This document shows positions 1-12,511 of a stretch of 64,000 nt of DNA, piece after piece; the stretch's first letter is position 1; the number at the start of each line of letters is the position of its first letter. The translations under genes were made by a program, and so were the position numbers. The notes under the pieces were generated by a model, which did not search any database, was not told the DNA's origin, and worked only from the letters and a program-made list of their open reading frames with translations. Source of the DNA: Epithemia pelagica (taxonomy: Eukaryota; Protista; Bacillariophyta); contig OX337229.1 in assembly GCA_946965045.2 (NCBI GenBank), positions 6,138,001 to 6,202,000 on the forward strand. Reading direction: 5' to 3'.

Positions 1-9
1 GCCATTCGA

Positions 10-3000
10 ATGCAAAGCAAAATGATTCGCCGTGGTGCTCCATTCTTCTTCTTCGTTCGTCGGCCACCGAGTCCTATTGCTGCGGCGGCACGGTTCCATC
101 AGGGGAGAAGAAAAAGAACCTGTCCAATTTCTTCTTTTTCTTCCTCTTCTTTGTTGCCATACCAACCACAGCCACAAGCTGCGTCCTTCTCCTTTGGTTC
201 CTCCTTACCATGCTTCTCGTCGTCGTTACGTGCCTTTCACAGCACTGCTCGCACAAAGAACAATGCGGAATCAACACCATTCGCACACCGTGGTCGTCGT
301 TCCTCACAGGATCTTCTTCCCACCGAGGCACAGGTCGTAATTGTGGGTGGTGGTGTGATTGGCACCTCCGTGGCCTATCATTTGGCGCAATTGGGCGTGA
401 CCAATGTCGTACTCTTGGAACAAGGGGAGTTGACCAGTGGCACGACGTGGCATGCGGCTGGATTAATGAATTCCTTTGGCAGCACGAGTCATACCAGTAC
501 GTGGATGCGACAATATACCCAAGACTTGTATCGCCATGTCTTGCCGCAAGAAACGGGCCTCGAAACGGGCTATCAAGACAGTGGCTTTTTGGAATTGGCC
601 AGTGACGAGCATCGCTTGGAACACTATCGTCGGATTGCCGCCGTCAATCGGTATTGGGGAGTCGATGTGCAAGAATTGACACCGACTCAAGTCCAAGACC
701 AGGTCCCCTTGCTCGATACCTCGTCCATATTGGCAGGCTTTTTTGTCGCCTCGGATGGACGGGCCAATCCTACCGATGTCACGCGAGCCTTGGCCAAGGG
801 TGCCACACAACGGGGTCATGTCACAATTGTCGAACACTGTCCGGTCGTGGGCATTGCCACGGCACCGCCCGTACCTGGTCAAGTGGTGCCACAGGTCTCG
901 GGTGTCCAAGTGGACCTGAGGGGTACTACTAATAGTAAACGTAGTACGTCAAACGGCGACGACGACAAGGAGGCCATTCACGTGATTCAAACACGCAAGG
1001 TGGTGAATTGTACCGGCATGTGGGCGCGACAATTTGGTGAGGCCTGTGGTGTCATGCGATTGCCCAATCAAGCCGCCGAACATTATTACCTCATTACGGA
1101 AGCCTTGAACGACGACGACCATGTGGATGTTTCGTCCTGGCCCGTGGTGGAAGATTCCAGTCGATGCACGTACATTCGTCCGGAAGGCAAGGGCTTGTTG
1201 CTCGGCTTGTTTGAAACGCACGGTGCCGTACCACCCACGTGGAAACAACAAACCCAGGGTGCCGTGCCGCACGACTTTCCCGAATATGGGCAATTGGAAC
1301 CCGATTGGGATCGCATGACACCCTATTTGGAACGAGCTCTGGAATTGTTACCCTCTCTCCAACATTCGGTGGGGATCAAGACCTTGTTTTGTGGTCCCGA
1401 ATCCTTTACCCCCGATGGTTGTCCCATGGTCGGTGAGTCGCCCGAACTCGCTGGATACTTTGTCGGTGCCGGATTAAATTCCTTGGGAATCTTGACGGGT
1501 GGTGGCTTGGGCAAGATATTGGCCGACTGGGTCGCCACCGGTCATGCGCCCGATACGGTTGATGTCACGGGGATTCATGTCAATCGCTTTCACGCCCCTC
1601 AATCCAATCCCCAGTATCGACAGGATCGAATCGAGGAGGTGCTCGGTCATACCTATCATGTGCATTTTCCCGATCTGCAATTCACCACGGGTCGCAACGT
1701 GAAACAAACCGTCTTGCACGAGAACTTGAAGCAAGCCGGAGCCTGTTTTCGCAACGTCAGTGGTTGGGAATCTCCGGCGTGGTATCATGCTCCTACACCA
1801 AAAGACAGTTCTCTATCATCATCCTCACCACCACCACCCATGGCCACCACGTTTGGTCGCGAAGCTTGGTTTGACCATTGGGCCGCCGAGCATTTTGCGT
1901 GTCGCAACGGCGTGGCCCTCTTTGACATGACTTTCATGAGTAAATGGTTGGTTCAAGGCCGGGATGCCGGATCCTTTTTGAATTGGTTGTCCACTGCCAA
2001 TGTGCAAGCGCTCGAGGACCATTCCATGATTTATACGCAATGGTTAAATGACCGTGGAACCGTCGAAGCCGATGTGACGGTCACCAAATGGTCCGATCAG
2101 GCCTATTGGGTCATGGTCACGGATACCATGCATCATCACGTGGCGCAACACATGGCGCAACGATTCAATCCATCGACCGACTTTGTCACGTGGACCGATG
2201 TGACGGCGCGCTACGTCCAACTCAATGTGCAAGGTCCCGACTCGCGAGCCTTGTTGCAAGACTTGACGACGGTCGATTTGTCGTCCCAGGCCTTGCCCTT
2301 TCGTCATGTTGTGGAATTGGATCTGGGTTTGGCCCGTGTCTATTGTGCCCGCATCACCTATGTGGGAGAATTGGGCTATGAATTGTACATTCCCGTCGAA
2401 CAGGCCCAATACGTCTATCAACAACTCGTCCAAGCCGGACAGGCCCACCACTTGAAACATGCTGGATTAAAGGCCTTGGGAAGTTTGCGATTGGTACGTG
2501 TGTGTTTCTAGTATTACTCTATGGGACAAGCCCCAACGACCTGTCGAGAGTCGTTTTTTGGTTGTTGCTGTCCATCAGCCCTCACACACAGTGTTGGTCT
2601 TGCAATTTTTGTTACATAGGAAAAGGGCTATCGCGATTATGGTCACGACATGGACAATACCGATACGGTATTGGAATGTGGATTGGGATTTACGTGTGAT
2701 TTTGACAAACCCGAACGTTCCTTTGTGGGACAAGACGCCGTTCAAGCGCAAAAACGACTGCAGAAACAACAGGGCGGACTGTCGCGTCGACTCGTTTCAG
2801 TCTTGGTCCAAGATGCACAACCCTTGATGCATGGACTGGGAGAAGTGATTTGGAAAAATCACACGACCCGTGTGGGACATGTTCGGGCCGCCTCCTATGG
2901 TCATACCCTGGGTGGAGCCGTGGGCTTGTCCATGATTTCCGAGAACGAGTCTCCCGACAGTACCACCAATGACAACACCAACAACGACAATCCTGTCGTG

Positions 3001-3129
3001 ATCAACAAGGCCTATTTGAATCATCCCGACGATACGTGGCAAGTCGAAATCGGCAATCAATTCTATCCCTGCAAGCTATCGTTGACTCCCTTTTACGATC
3101 CCAAAAGTCTCCGTGTCAAGGATGAATAA
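10..3129 (+). CDS. Mitochondrial sarcosine/dimethylglycine dehydrogenase-like protein (FAD oxidoreductase + GcvT folate-binding domain), 2 exons (intron 2494-2619)
   Basis: GGGVIG FAD motif, LTSGTTWHAAG, GPESFTPDG and RITYVGELGYEL. Splicing GTACGT(2494)...TAG(2619) gives the conserved LRL|EKGYRDYGHD and joins ORF 2650-3129. The N-terminus is R/S-rich like a transit peptide. Confidence 0.9.
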
Positions 3130-3665
3130 AGTATAGCATCCTCCACGTAAAACATTGGACTGACCCGAAACTTTACAAGCTATCATTCTATCTACATATG
3201 TAAATGTATATAGAGAGAAAGAGAACCACGCGACAATCCGAATAGTAGGGGTGAGGAAACTCCCTGGGTCTCAAACTTGTTTTGGCCATGGCCGTCCGGT
3301 GGGATTCGAGACACTCACGCACACACAGATACACACATAATAGGTAGGTGTGTATGTGTGTTTGTCGGTTGCATGCACGTTTCTTCGGTTTTCGCACGTC
3401 TCTATTCGTATAGTGTAGCACGACACTGCGCTTTGTGGTTTGTGGTCAATCTCCTTTGGAACATGTTTGGGGGTACGAATGGGATTCTGTTGGGAATGCC
3501 CCACATCTCTACGAGCCGTCCTTGGATCCATAATGGACAGTCGCTATTTCGTTTTCGTCTTCCACACAACACTCGACACAGCACAATATATACCAGTGAC
3601 GGACCACGGTCAATTTTGTTCTTGTGTGCGTTTGTCATGGAGAGTTGCGCGCACTGTTCGAATCG

Positions 3666-5396
3666 TCATGGTTCCGGGGCTGTCGTCGCAGACGTGGACG
3701 TAGATGTTGCGGCTGCTGCTTTGGCACGGTGCGTCCATTCCGGTGGAAGCAATTCGTGTTCCAACAAGGCCGCCGCTTGGGCGGGGGATTTTCCCACGAG
3801 GGCTGGCAAATAGGGTCCCAAGTGTTTTTGCGTCATGGCGGGCGATTGCACATGGACCAAAAATTCATTCAAGACGACGCGATTCACTTGACCCGAGTGA
3901 CGGGCATGGTCCAAACATTCGTCAAACAGCGAGGCGCGCAACGACGACAAGGATGTGTTGTTGTTGTCGTCATGGTTGTGGTTGTCCTGGACTGGCAATC
4001 CTCGAATGGCTTGCAAAAAGGCCGAATAAAAGCGAGGCGGCAAACGGCCGATCCATGGGTCGTGGTGGTGGGTACGGGGTTGTTCCGTCGATGTAGTAGA
4101 AGTTGTCGTCTCTGTTTCTTGTTCATGATCCACAGAGTCTGGTTCTTTTTGTTCCATCCGTGTCGTGGGTTCGCCACGGTCCTCCTCCTTTTGGGACAAC
4201 GACACGGACGAGGAATTCGTTGAAGCATTGTGGTTCTTGTCCTTGTCATTGTCGTCGTTGGACAAGGAGCCATGATTCTCGAGTGCTACTAATTCGGGTG
4301 AAAAATGTCGTTGCCACAGTCGGGCCGCCACTTGGGCGCCCAAAGAAGAGGCCGTGGCATGATGGGATTTGGCAATGCCCCGAGTCGTACAGGTGGTCAT
4401 GATATGAACCCAGGACGAAGCATCGACCACTGCTGCGGATGCAGTGTTGTGGTTGTTGTCTAGCTGCAGCATGGGGGCCAAGGTTTCAGTGGCGGCATGA
4501 ACCGATCGTTGAGGATGGGTACAGTTGCTCCAACACATTAACACGGCATTCCAATGTCGGGCATGGGGTGCCAGACCTGTTTCGGGTTGTTCCGATTGCT
4601 GTTTCATCATGTCATGGACAATCGATTGGGCGCGACGCGGAAACTCGAGGTCGGCCGAGTGTTGCGTACTGGAAAAGAGTTGCAAAAGGAGATTGCACAC
4701 GTGTCGATCGGGTTTTATTACTAGGTCAGGACTGGAATGGTGGTCGTGGTGGTGGTGGTGAATCATGAGGTTGTTCCACAAAACATGAGCTCTGACAGCA
4801 CACTGTTCCATGGTATCCATTCCTGTAGTGGCATTGACTTTGCGATGATGATGCCACAATCCCTTGAGCACGTGTTTGCAACGATCCAGTGTCAGGATAT
4901 CCTTCTTAGTTGGTGATTGTAGTGATTGTTGTTGTAACAATTGAATGACATGCCGCGAGGCATTGTCCAAGGGCGGAAAAAAGTCCAAATTGCCCCATGA
5001 TGATTCCTCCTTGGGAGTTGTTGTGGTTGTGGTGGAAGAGTCCCAAGGACTGGCAATGGTCACAAGCGGACCCAATTTGGCTTTGAGTTGCGCCATGGCC
5101 AATGGTTCGACTGGATTCCGTGCTGCTGGTGGTGGTGATGTCGTCGTCGTGTCCTTGTGGCTGTTGTTCTTGTGGGTCGCTGTGGTGGTGATGGACGACG
5201 ACAAGGACCGAGGATTCGGTGGCAACTTGAAGAATGTACTTGTTGGACTGGTAGTTTCCCATGGTCGGATTCTTCTCAAGGCCCCCATGCTTCCATGTTG
5301 TTGTTGTCGTTGTCGTTGTCGTTGTGGCATTCCTCGCAAAGCCGTACTGTGGCAGGCCTGGATGGCCGGATGCGTTGACGGGTTCCTCATCATCAT
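3666..5396 (-). CDS. Degenerate pentatricopeptide-repeat (PPR)-like organellar protein
   Basis: 576-aa ORF with PPR-like helices (PDRHVCNLLLQLFS, PHARHWNAVLMCWS, VDASSWVHIMTTC, LPPRFYSAFLQAI) separated by low-complexity linkers. Confidence 0.55.
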   Translation of the reverse strand: MMMRNPSTHPAIQACHSTALRGMPQRQRQRQQQHGSMGALRRIRPWETTSPTSTFFKLPPNPRSLSSSITTTATHKNNSHKDTTTTSPPPAARNPVEPLAMAQLKAKLGPLVTIASPWDSSTTTTTTPKEESSWGNLDFFPPLDNASRHVIQLLQQQSLQSPTKKDILTLDRCKHVLKGLWHHHRKVNATTGMDTMEQCAVRAHVLWNNLMIHHHHHDHHSSPDLVIKPDRHVCNLLLQLFSSTQHSADLEFPRRAQSIVHDMMKQQSEQPETGLAPHARHWNAVLMCWSNCTHPQRSVHAATETLAPMLQLDNNHNTASAAVVDASSWVHIMTTCTTRGIAKSHHATASSLGAQVAARLWQRHFSPELVALENHGSLSNDDNDKDKNHNASTNSSSVSLSQKEEDRGEPTTRMEQKEPDSVDHEQETETTTSTTSTEQPRTHHHDPWIGRLPPRFYSAFLQAIRGLPVQDNHNHDDNNNTSLSSLRASLFDECLDHARHSGQVNRVVLNEFLVHVQSPAMTQKHLGPYLPALVGKSPAQAAALLEHELLPPEWTHRAKAAAATSTSTSATTAPEP

Positions 5397-5460
5397 GGTG
5401 ATGCTTTGTGAGACCGATTTTTCTCGCTGACGTACTGCGGTCCATTCATGTCTGACCGAC

Positions 5461-5694
5461 GTCCGGATCCCCCCACCATTCGTGGATTACCGCAGTGGCT
5501 GCAGTATGGTGACTGTTGCCAATCATGTTGCCGTCATTGGTGGATGGGACAATCCTACCTGTGCGACATTACCACTAATCGACAAGAATACGTGGTGTTT
5601 TCGTCGACTCTGTGAGCAGCAGCCCAACGGATGGTACCATTTTCGGGAAGCAATGGTAGTTCGCCCCTCCACCTTGACATCAAAATCTGAATGA
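5461..5694 (+). pseudogene. 3'-terminal fragment of a kelch-repeat gene (divergent paralog)
   Basis: RSGCSMVTVANHVAVIGG...CATLPLIDKNTWCFRRL resembles the C-terminus of the neighbouring kelch proteins (RSVCGLVSLPNTLAVI...CETLSLVDKKSWLFARL). An in-frame stop lies just upstream at 5428-5430. Confidence 0.5.
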
Positions 5695-5928
5695 ACGACG
5701 ACCACAATACGTACTGTAATGATAACGGCAAGGATGAAACATGGAATGGGCAACATGTTTGCATGTATGTCCTACAAAAGGGATCTATTATAAAGGGATA
5801 TCAATTGGTTCTTTAACCATTGTCTTGCTGTTTACAATAAAAGTATTCATTTCCTGGTGACCAGGACCCCGTCACCACAGAACCTTTTGACACAGGGTCC
5901 GAAAGAAAAGCATGAGTGTAGTGTGCTG

Positions 5929-7060
5929 TTAGGTTGGAACTTTGCCGATCTCCAACAAACGTGCAAAGAGACAACTCTTCTTGTCCACAAGTGATAGTGT
6001 TTTACACGAAAACTCTTCTCCACTACTGCGAGTAATCACAGCAAGAGTATCTGACAAGGACAACAGGCCACAACCACCCCACTTCTCTGTCAAGTCCGGA
6101 AGCTCCCAAACCATGTTTCTCACAGTATCCAAAACCTCCAAAGCATATACGGTTTTACCGTTGTCATCGCATCCTCCTGCAACAACAAGACAGGAACCCA
6201 ATTGAACCGCAGAAAATACCACTTGGACTGGAGAAACTGCAATTCTCGGCTTGTTCAAAATGAGTTTCTTGTGGATGGTCCAAGACTTTGTGAACAATGC
6301 GACACTGGATGTGGCAGTGGGCGCATCCAACCAGTCATCAAACTCAAGGTATTCGACCGAATCCAGGCATCTGGCGAACAGTCGCCACCCACCAACAGCA
6401 TAGATGCGTGGACCTACCACAGCCATAACAAAGTCGCTTCGACCTACGTTCAACGATGGCCCAGATACGACCGAATACGGGTTCCCAGATGCCGTGTCCA
6501 GGATCTCAACGGATGATAAGTGACTGTCGCCAGAAACGCGTCCACCCGCCACCACAATAAATCTGTCAGAAACAGCTACAGCGGCGCAGCCCTTGCGTTT
6601 ACTTCAGCATCTTCCATCCCTTGGTGCGGTTGCTGGAAGAAGAACATGATGATGAATTATGAAGTAAATCGCCGACATGGATACGTTCAATCGTATCCAA
6701 GACATTTTGGCCATTGAATCCGCCAATGGCGTAAACAGCGCCATTGCATACCACGGAAGCAAGAAATCTTCGTTTTTCTTGTAAAGGCGGTCCAGTTTGC
6801 CATCTTTTCTCGTCAACGTTCCAGAGACTGACCAAATTTGTTGGACCATCAGAAGTAGGTGCCGCCCATCCTCCCAACACAATCACCATCTTGTCGTGGT
6901 TAATGGCTGGATGATGAACGACAACCGACGCATGGCCCCACAAATGCCGTTCCATGAGTGGAGTCCAATTTGCACTAGATGGCCTCCACTGCGGTTCTAT
7001 TTCGTCCTTTCTGTCGGCAAAGACCAATCCTGACAACAATTCTTGTTCCTGGACCTTCAT
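5929..7060 (-). pseudogene. Kelch-repeat protein, copy 1, frameshifted
   Basis: Two ORFs (6599-7060, 5929-6555) are collinear with the intact copy 8940-10079. About 14 nt (cgtcaatcggcaat in copy 2) are missing near 6603. Confidence 0.8.
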
Positions 7061-7397
7061 CCTTTTGGGTATTGGACTATTTTTGTGGACCAGGTCAAAA
7101 AGTTCGTTATTCTACGAGAGAGGCTTTCTTTTTTGTGGCATAAAGACGAGTTTTGGTGGGTGCTTGTTCCCTCCAAGGAACAAGATGTGTTTTGGATGCG
7201 TTTCGACGGACTGTTTCGTTTTCGTTCCTGGAATCTGAAGGTCATGGGTGTTGGCGTTGATTACGACTAATTCGTGCCCGTTCTTCATCGAACACAATTC
7301 GACCGATCCAAATAAATCATACACGTCGCCGTGTCGAAGGGAGCGGTTTCGATGGTTGAGAAGACACACCTCCACGGATCAGACAAGAGGTGCTGAT

Positions 7398-8157
7398 TCA
7401 CACTGGAGCGTGAATAACCCACACTTGTTCCGCATCAATCATCTCTCCGCATTTCATTGCGCGGTCATAGTGCTCTTCCAGTTCCTTGTCACTTGATGTT
7501 GCCTCCAATTCAAGCACGAAACGTCTTTCTGCAACTCCATCGACGTCAAGACTCTCTTCTTCCAACACGAAATCAAGGGCGTTTCCGATTACCATCCATT
7601 CGAACTTCGGGGAAGAAGCGCCACTCTGCAGGAATCCATGCGCAAACAGCAAACGCTTCGACAGAATCCTTCGAAAAGATTCTTGCAACTCCTTTCCGCT
7701 ACTGAGGTCAGACTCGATCCTTCTTGTTGTGGGAAAATTATCGATCCAGCGACAAAGTCCGCCACGCACCCTCTGCAGCCATATCCGAAGCATCAGGACT
7801 GGCCGATGCTGAGAATCAGATCTTTCAGACAATAGATCCATTCGAATTTCTTCGTCGATTGCCTTGCCACACATATTGACAAACCCTGCGTGGCCACCAG
7901 TCCGATGGGAAAATGTCTGGGACGACAGTCGCCTCGACATCCAACTCGCGACAACGATTGTAATCGTCAAACATATCTTGAACTTGTTCGAGTGTCAAGA
8001 GTGGGGCAGGAAACGGATTTCCAACATTGCAAGGAGACATTGCAGCGGGGATGCTTAGACGAACCATGGAAAACACGCCGACGGCAACCACATTGTAAAT
8101 CCGACGATTCCTTGAGAACTGATAGAAACTCTCAGTTCGTTGTACTTCTTTTTCCAT
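7398..8157 (-). pseudogene. Degenerate AAA-like NTPase + PD-(D/E)xK nuclease gene resembling Crinkler-associated NTPase-REase proteins
   Basis: VVAVGVFSM..SPCNV..PLLTLEQVQDMF, then (after a 1-nt frameshift near 7905) HRTGGHAGFVNMCGKAI, then FVLELEATSSDKELEEHYDRAMKCGEMIDAEQVWVIH. Recognised from memory of fungal/oomycete families. Confidence 0.5.
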
Positions 8158-8939
8158 GTCTCCCGCTCTTTGGTCGCCGATTTACCTGAGTTTTCGTATG
8201 TAAATTTAGGTACGACTTGTATGCGACCTGTTTTCACCCCGCGCTTGGGAGTACCTGCCAATGGATGTCTAAACCGGAGACAGCTAGGTTGGCTACCCCA
8301 CCTTTGATCATGTGGTTTGGGTAGGAGTAGCTATGAGTGGATGGCTCATTGCTAGGAGTAGTATATGGAGCGAGAGCACAATTTCTCGGCCTAGAAATAA
8401 CAAGAATTGGTGACCAATGAAGGTCTATCGGTCATTGGAGAATCCTATGCACCGACAGTGTTTCCAGTTCACAGAGACTACCAACATGATGGGAAGCAAT
8501 CTAGCCGAAAAACGAGACTGTCCTCAAATTCCAATCGGCATCGTGAAGTACGAGTACAAAATCTAGTTCACAAAAAGACTTTTTTCTTATACCGCGACAA
8601 GGGATGGATGCGCATGCGCTGTCAAAACTTGAGCATTTGTTCAGAGTTGAAGCAACTGCCTGCAATAGAAACTATTTCTGAGCGACAAAAGGATGCCAAG
8701 AACTATCTTTGACACGACAGCACCGATCGATCGAGATTGTTGTGGACCAAAAAGCTTTTCCATCCTCCAATGATTTATCATCCTTCTTCCCGTTCAACGT
8801 TGCAACATATCATGGCAATAAAAAAATTTCAATTCCTAGCTACCTACCAGGGCCCGTAACCACAGAACCTCTTTCACCAAGGGTCCAAAGAAAAGCACGT
8901 GAATAAGCATGTTGTACTGCTTCCAGACAATTGTCCGGG

Positions 8940-10079
8940 TTAAGATGGAACTTTGCCAATCTCCAACAAACGTGCAAAGAGCCAACTCTTCTTGTCCACG
9001 AGTGACAGTGTTTCACACGAAAACTCTTCTCCACGATTGCGCCTAATCACAGCAAGAGTATTCGGCAAGGACACCAAGCCACAAACACTCCTCCTCGCTG
9101 TCAAGTCCGGAAGCTCCCAAACCATGTTTCTCACAGTATCCAAAACCTCCACAGCATATACGGATTGATAGCTGTCATCGCATCCTCCTGCAACAACAAG
9201 ACAGGAACCCAATTGGACTGCAGTAAATCCAGCTCGCGACTTGTTCAAAATTAGTTCCTTGTGGACGGTCCAGGACTTTTTGGACAATGCGACAGGGGAT
9301 GCGGCAGTGGGAGCATTCAACCAGTCATCAAACTCAAGGTATTCGACAGATTCCCGGCAATCCAAGGGGATTATACTCCCCCCACACCCACCAATAGCAA
9401 AGATGCGTGAACCTACCACAGCCATTGCAAAAAAGCTTCGAACTTCGTTCAACGACGGCCCAGATACGACCGAATACGAGTTCCCGGATGCCGTGTCCAA
9501 GATATCAACGGATGATAAGCAATTGTCGCTACTAAAAACGCATCCGCCCGCCACCACAATAAATCTGTCAGAAACAGCGACAGCGGCGAAGTCTAATCGT
9601 TTACTCGTCAATCGGCAATTCAACATCTTCCATCCTTTGGAGCTGCTCTTGAAAGATGATGATGACGATGATAAAGGAAGTAAATCGCCGACATGGATAC
9701 GTTCAATCGTATCCAAGACATTTTGGCCATTGTGTCCGCCAATGGCGTAAACAGCGCCATTGCAAAGAACGGAAGCAAGTCTTCTTCGTTTTTCTTGTAA
9801 AGGCGGTCCAGTTTGCCATCTTTTCTCGTCAACGTTCCAGAGACTTACTGAATTTGTTGCACCATGAACCGGCCATCCTCCCAACAAAACCACCATCTTG
9901 TCGCGGTTCATGGCTGGATGATGAACAAGAACCGACGCATGGCCCCCCATATGCCGCCCCATGAGTGAAGTCCAGTTTTCACTAGATGGCCTCCACTGCG
10001 GTTTTATTTCGTCCTTTCTGTCGACAAAGACCAATCCTGACAGCAAAGCTTGTTCCTGGACCTTCATCCTTGTGGGCAT
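8940..10079 (-). CDS. Kelch-repeat protein, copy 2 (intact, 379 aa)
   Basis: Repeated GG...W kelch blades (VYAIGGHNG, IVVAGG, IFAIGG, LVVAGG...VW). Confidence 0.88.
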   Translation of the reverse strand: MPTRMKVQEQALLSGLVFVDRKDEIKPQWRPSSENWTSLMGRHMGGHASVLVHHPAMNRDKMVVLLGGWPVHGATNSVSLWNVDEKRWQTGPPLQEKRRRLASVLCNGAVYAIGGHNGQNVLDTIERIHVGDLLPLSSSSSSFKSSSKGWKMLNCRLTSKRLDFAAVAVSDRFIVVAGGCVFSSDNCLSSVDILDTASGNSYSVVSGPSLNEVRSFFAMAVVGSRIFAIGGCGGSIIPLDCRESVEYLEFDDWLNAPTAASPVALSKKSWTVHKELILNKSRAGFTAVQLGSCLVVAGGCDDSYQSVYAVEVLDTVRNMVWELPDLTARRSVCGLVSLPNTLAVIRRNRGEEFSCETLSLVDKKSWLFARLLEIGKVPS

Positions 10080-11782
10080 TGGACTTTTTTTGTGGAACAG
10101 GTCAACAGGTTCTTTGTTCGTCTCAAGGAGCGCTTTCTTTTTCTGGCATCGAGAAACGTTTTTTCATGGATGTGTTTTGACTGACTGGTAAGTTCTCGGT
10201 CCTAAGCTCTGGAGGTTATTGGTGATGACGATTGATTCGTGCTTGTTTTCCATCGAACACAATTTGACCGATCCAAATCCATCATACATGTTGCGTTGGG
10301 AGAGTTCGAAGGGAAATAAGCGGAGCGGTTTCGATGGTTGAGAAAACACACCTCGACGGATCAGAGAATAGGTGCTGATTCGCGCGTGACATGTGCTCGT
10401 TGAACTGTCCGAATGGATCGATTTTTTTTCAGCGGACAATGGTTGGTTGATTCGTCTCCGAGGGCATTTCGAGGGACGACGTCTTAGCATGCATATTTCC
10501 TCCTCCTTCTTTCTTGCCACTCAAATTGGTTCCATTGCTTTTCCGATGCTTTTGCTACAATGACCCATTGTCCATACCATTTGTTCAAGATAAAGACAAT
10601 ATGCATTCACTGCTCTCGTCATCATTAGCAATGGTCCGGCAAGCATCCTAGCAGGAATCTACCAACCAAGAACACATTCGTCTCGAACAAATAGAAATAG
10701 CTCTCTTCAACTTGAGCGACTGTACGCAAGTGACCTTGCAGGAATCTACCAACCAAGAATATTCGTCTCTGTCCCGTGCAAGATATATTTCTTAAATGAC
10801 CTGAGCGCTACTCTGCAACACTCCTGTCATTGCAAGGAATAAACTTGAATGTATCCAAGAACCGTCGAGTTGTCCACCGTTCCAAAGTAGTACCTCAATA
10901 GGACAATAACAATAACCACAACCACAAGATCTTGGTAGACGATGAGAGGACAACAATTTGAACAACACTAATTGGTGTCCTCTCATAAAGACGACTACGT
11001 TTCTGGTGGCCAAGATCGTGATGTGTGGTTTTGTTGATTATAGATGATGAATAAAAAATAAGTAGTCCCTCATTCGCACACAGCACGACGAGGATCAGAG
11101 GGCCTGCAAACAGAAGAAGCAACAGCAACCCCAACACAACCAGACAGAAGAGAACCGAATCACCAATCACAACAAAGAGGGATACCCCCTTCTGTCCGAC
11201 AGCGGACATAGCTGCGCATACCGCCATTGCCAATTGCCAGGCCATGGCGGTGCTTTTGGGGGAGGTGTGCGGCCAAACCGGATAGGAGGACAGACAGAAA
11301 CAAGCCGCATGATCATCACCCCGCCGGCGCGCGCATCGGGGGGGGTCGTTTTGGGGGAGTGTCGGGCGCGCAACGCTCACAAATTCCAAACCCATAGCCC
11401 AAACCAAGAAAAAGAGGCATTATTTTCTCTAGATTTTTAGGCTTTGGCCTGGGTTATTCGTAGTCGCACTACGGGGCCAAAGGTCAAGCTTGGCCCACTG
11501 AAGTAATGGCCAGGCTCGAAATTTATTGTCCTGCGCTTTCTTTCGCCAGCCACCCACGCCTGCCCCTCCAATCATCGTACAATCAAATTCAAACCCGTAA
11601 CGGTATGGGACAACGGGATTGGGTCTTGTTGCCGGACATTTTCGTTCATGATGCGACATTTCTGTCCACATTTCGGTCAAAATCGTCTACAATTTCTCCG
11701 CCATTGCTCGTGTCCATGGTCTTGGTATCTAATTTTCATTCACAGTTGATATGCCTAACTCTTCGGTACTAATTTAACGTAA

Positions 11783-12379
11783 CTATTTCGTGTCCTTCCG
11801 AGTTGCGTTGTTCTTGTCGCTCCTCGTGAAAAACGTAGTCATCTTCGTCTGGACTGTTGTTTTGTTGTTTTTGTCTGCCTTCTTCGGAGGGTATCGAACT
11901 GCGCGATACCCTCCGTAGTACAGCATGAGAGTTCCATCTCTGAATTCATCGATCGCTGTCACGCGGTCGTTGTGAGTGTCTTCTTCTTCGTTGTCCTCCG
12001 TAGCATCCACTCGACCCGTCTTCATAATACGGTTGTATTTTTCAATCAGCTTCATCCTCTTGGCCTCGTCCATCTCGGAATCCACATCTAAGGGCTCTTC
12101 TGCATCACTGTCGTCACTATCCGACATGTTCATGCGAAGGATCTTGTCGAAGGTCTTCACAGAGTCGTCGTCGTCGTCGTCGTCGTCCTTGTCTTCGTCC
12201 ATTTGGTTGTTGCTTTTTTCGCTCATCTCCACTTCTTCTTCTATCATTTCCTCCATCATCTCCTCTTGTAGGGCTTTATAGAACCCATGGAGATAATCCG
12301 TCGGTGCTCCTTCCTCTTCATCCCGTAGGATGGTTGATTTGACGCGGTCAAGTAGCTGCTGGGGGTCCGTCATGGTCAA
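11783..12379 (-). CDS. Orphan acidic protein with a C-terminal PIP-box-like motif (QTKMTTFF); paralog of 12757-13266
   Basis: 198-aa intronless ORF sharing N- and C-terminal blocks with the neighbouring ORF. Confidence 0.65.
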   Translation of the reverse strand: MTMTDPQQLLDRVKSTILRDEEEGAPTDYLHGFYKALQEEMMEEMIEEEVEMSEKSNNQMDEDKDDDDDDDDSVKTFDKILRMNMSDSDDSDAEEPLDVDSEMDEAKRMKLIEKYNRIMKTGRVDATEDNEEEDTHNDRVTAIDEFRDGTLMLYYGGYRAVRYPPKKADKNNKTTVQTKMTTFFTRSDKNNATRKDTK

Positions 12380-12511
12380 ATCCGCTTTGTTTCTTCTGCG
12401 TTCCGCTCCAACCCTATGTCTGGCTGGCTCTTGCTGACTCGGTATCAGTCTGCCGGGCGAGTTACTACATCCCTATGTATTCCATTCACTTGATTTAAAA
12501 ATCCAACGGAA

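Larger units (their letters stand above)
5850..10390. repeat. Diverged tandem segmental duplication (about 5850-7400 vs about 8835-10390, period about 3 kb)
   Basis: The kelch CDS, its 3' flank and the upstream block (cggtttcgatggttgaga...ggtgctgattc) are present twice. Confidence 0.8.

Noticed and set aside
10651-10768. About 30-bp direct repeat pair (gcaggaatctaccaaccaagaa) as CRISPR-like
   Set aside because: Only two copies, eukaryotic context and no cas genes; a local duplication.
10895-11407. 170-aa hydrophobic ORF
   Set aside because: Non-ATG start, no motifs and no paralog support; left unannotated.
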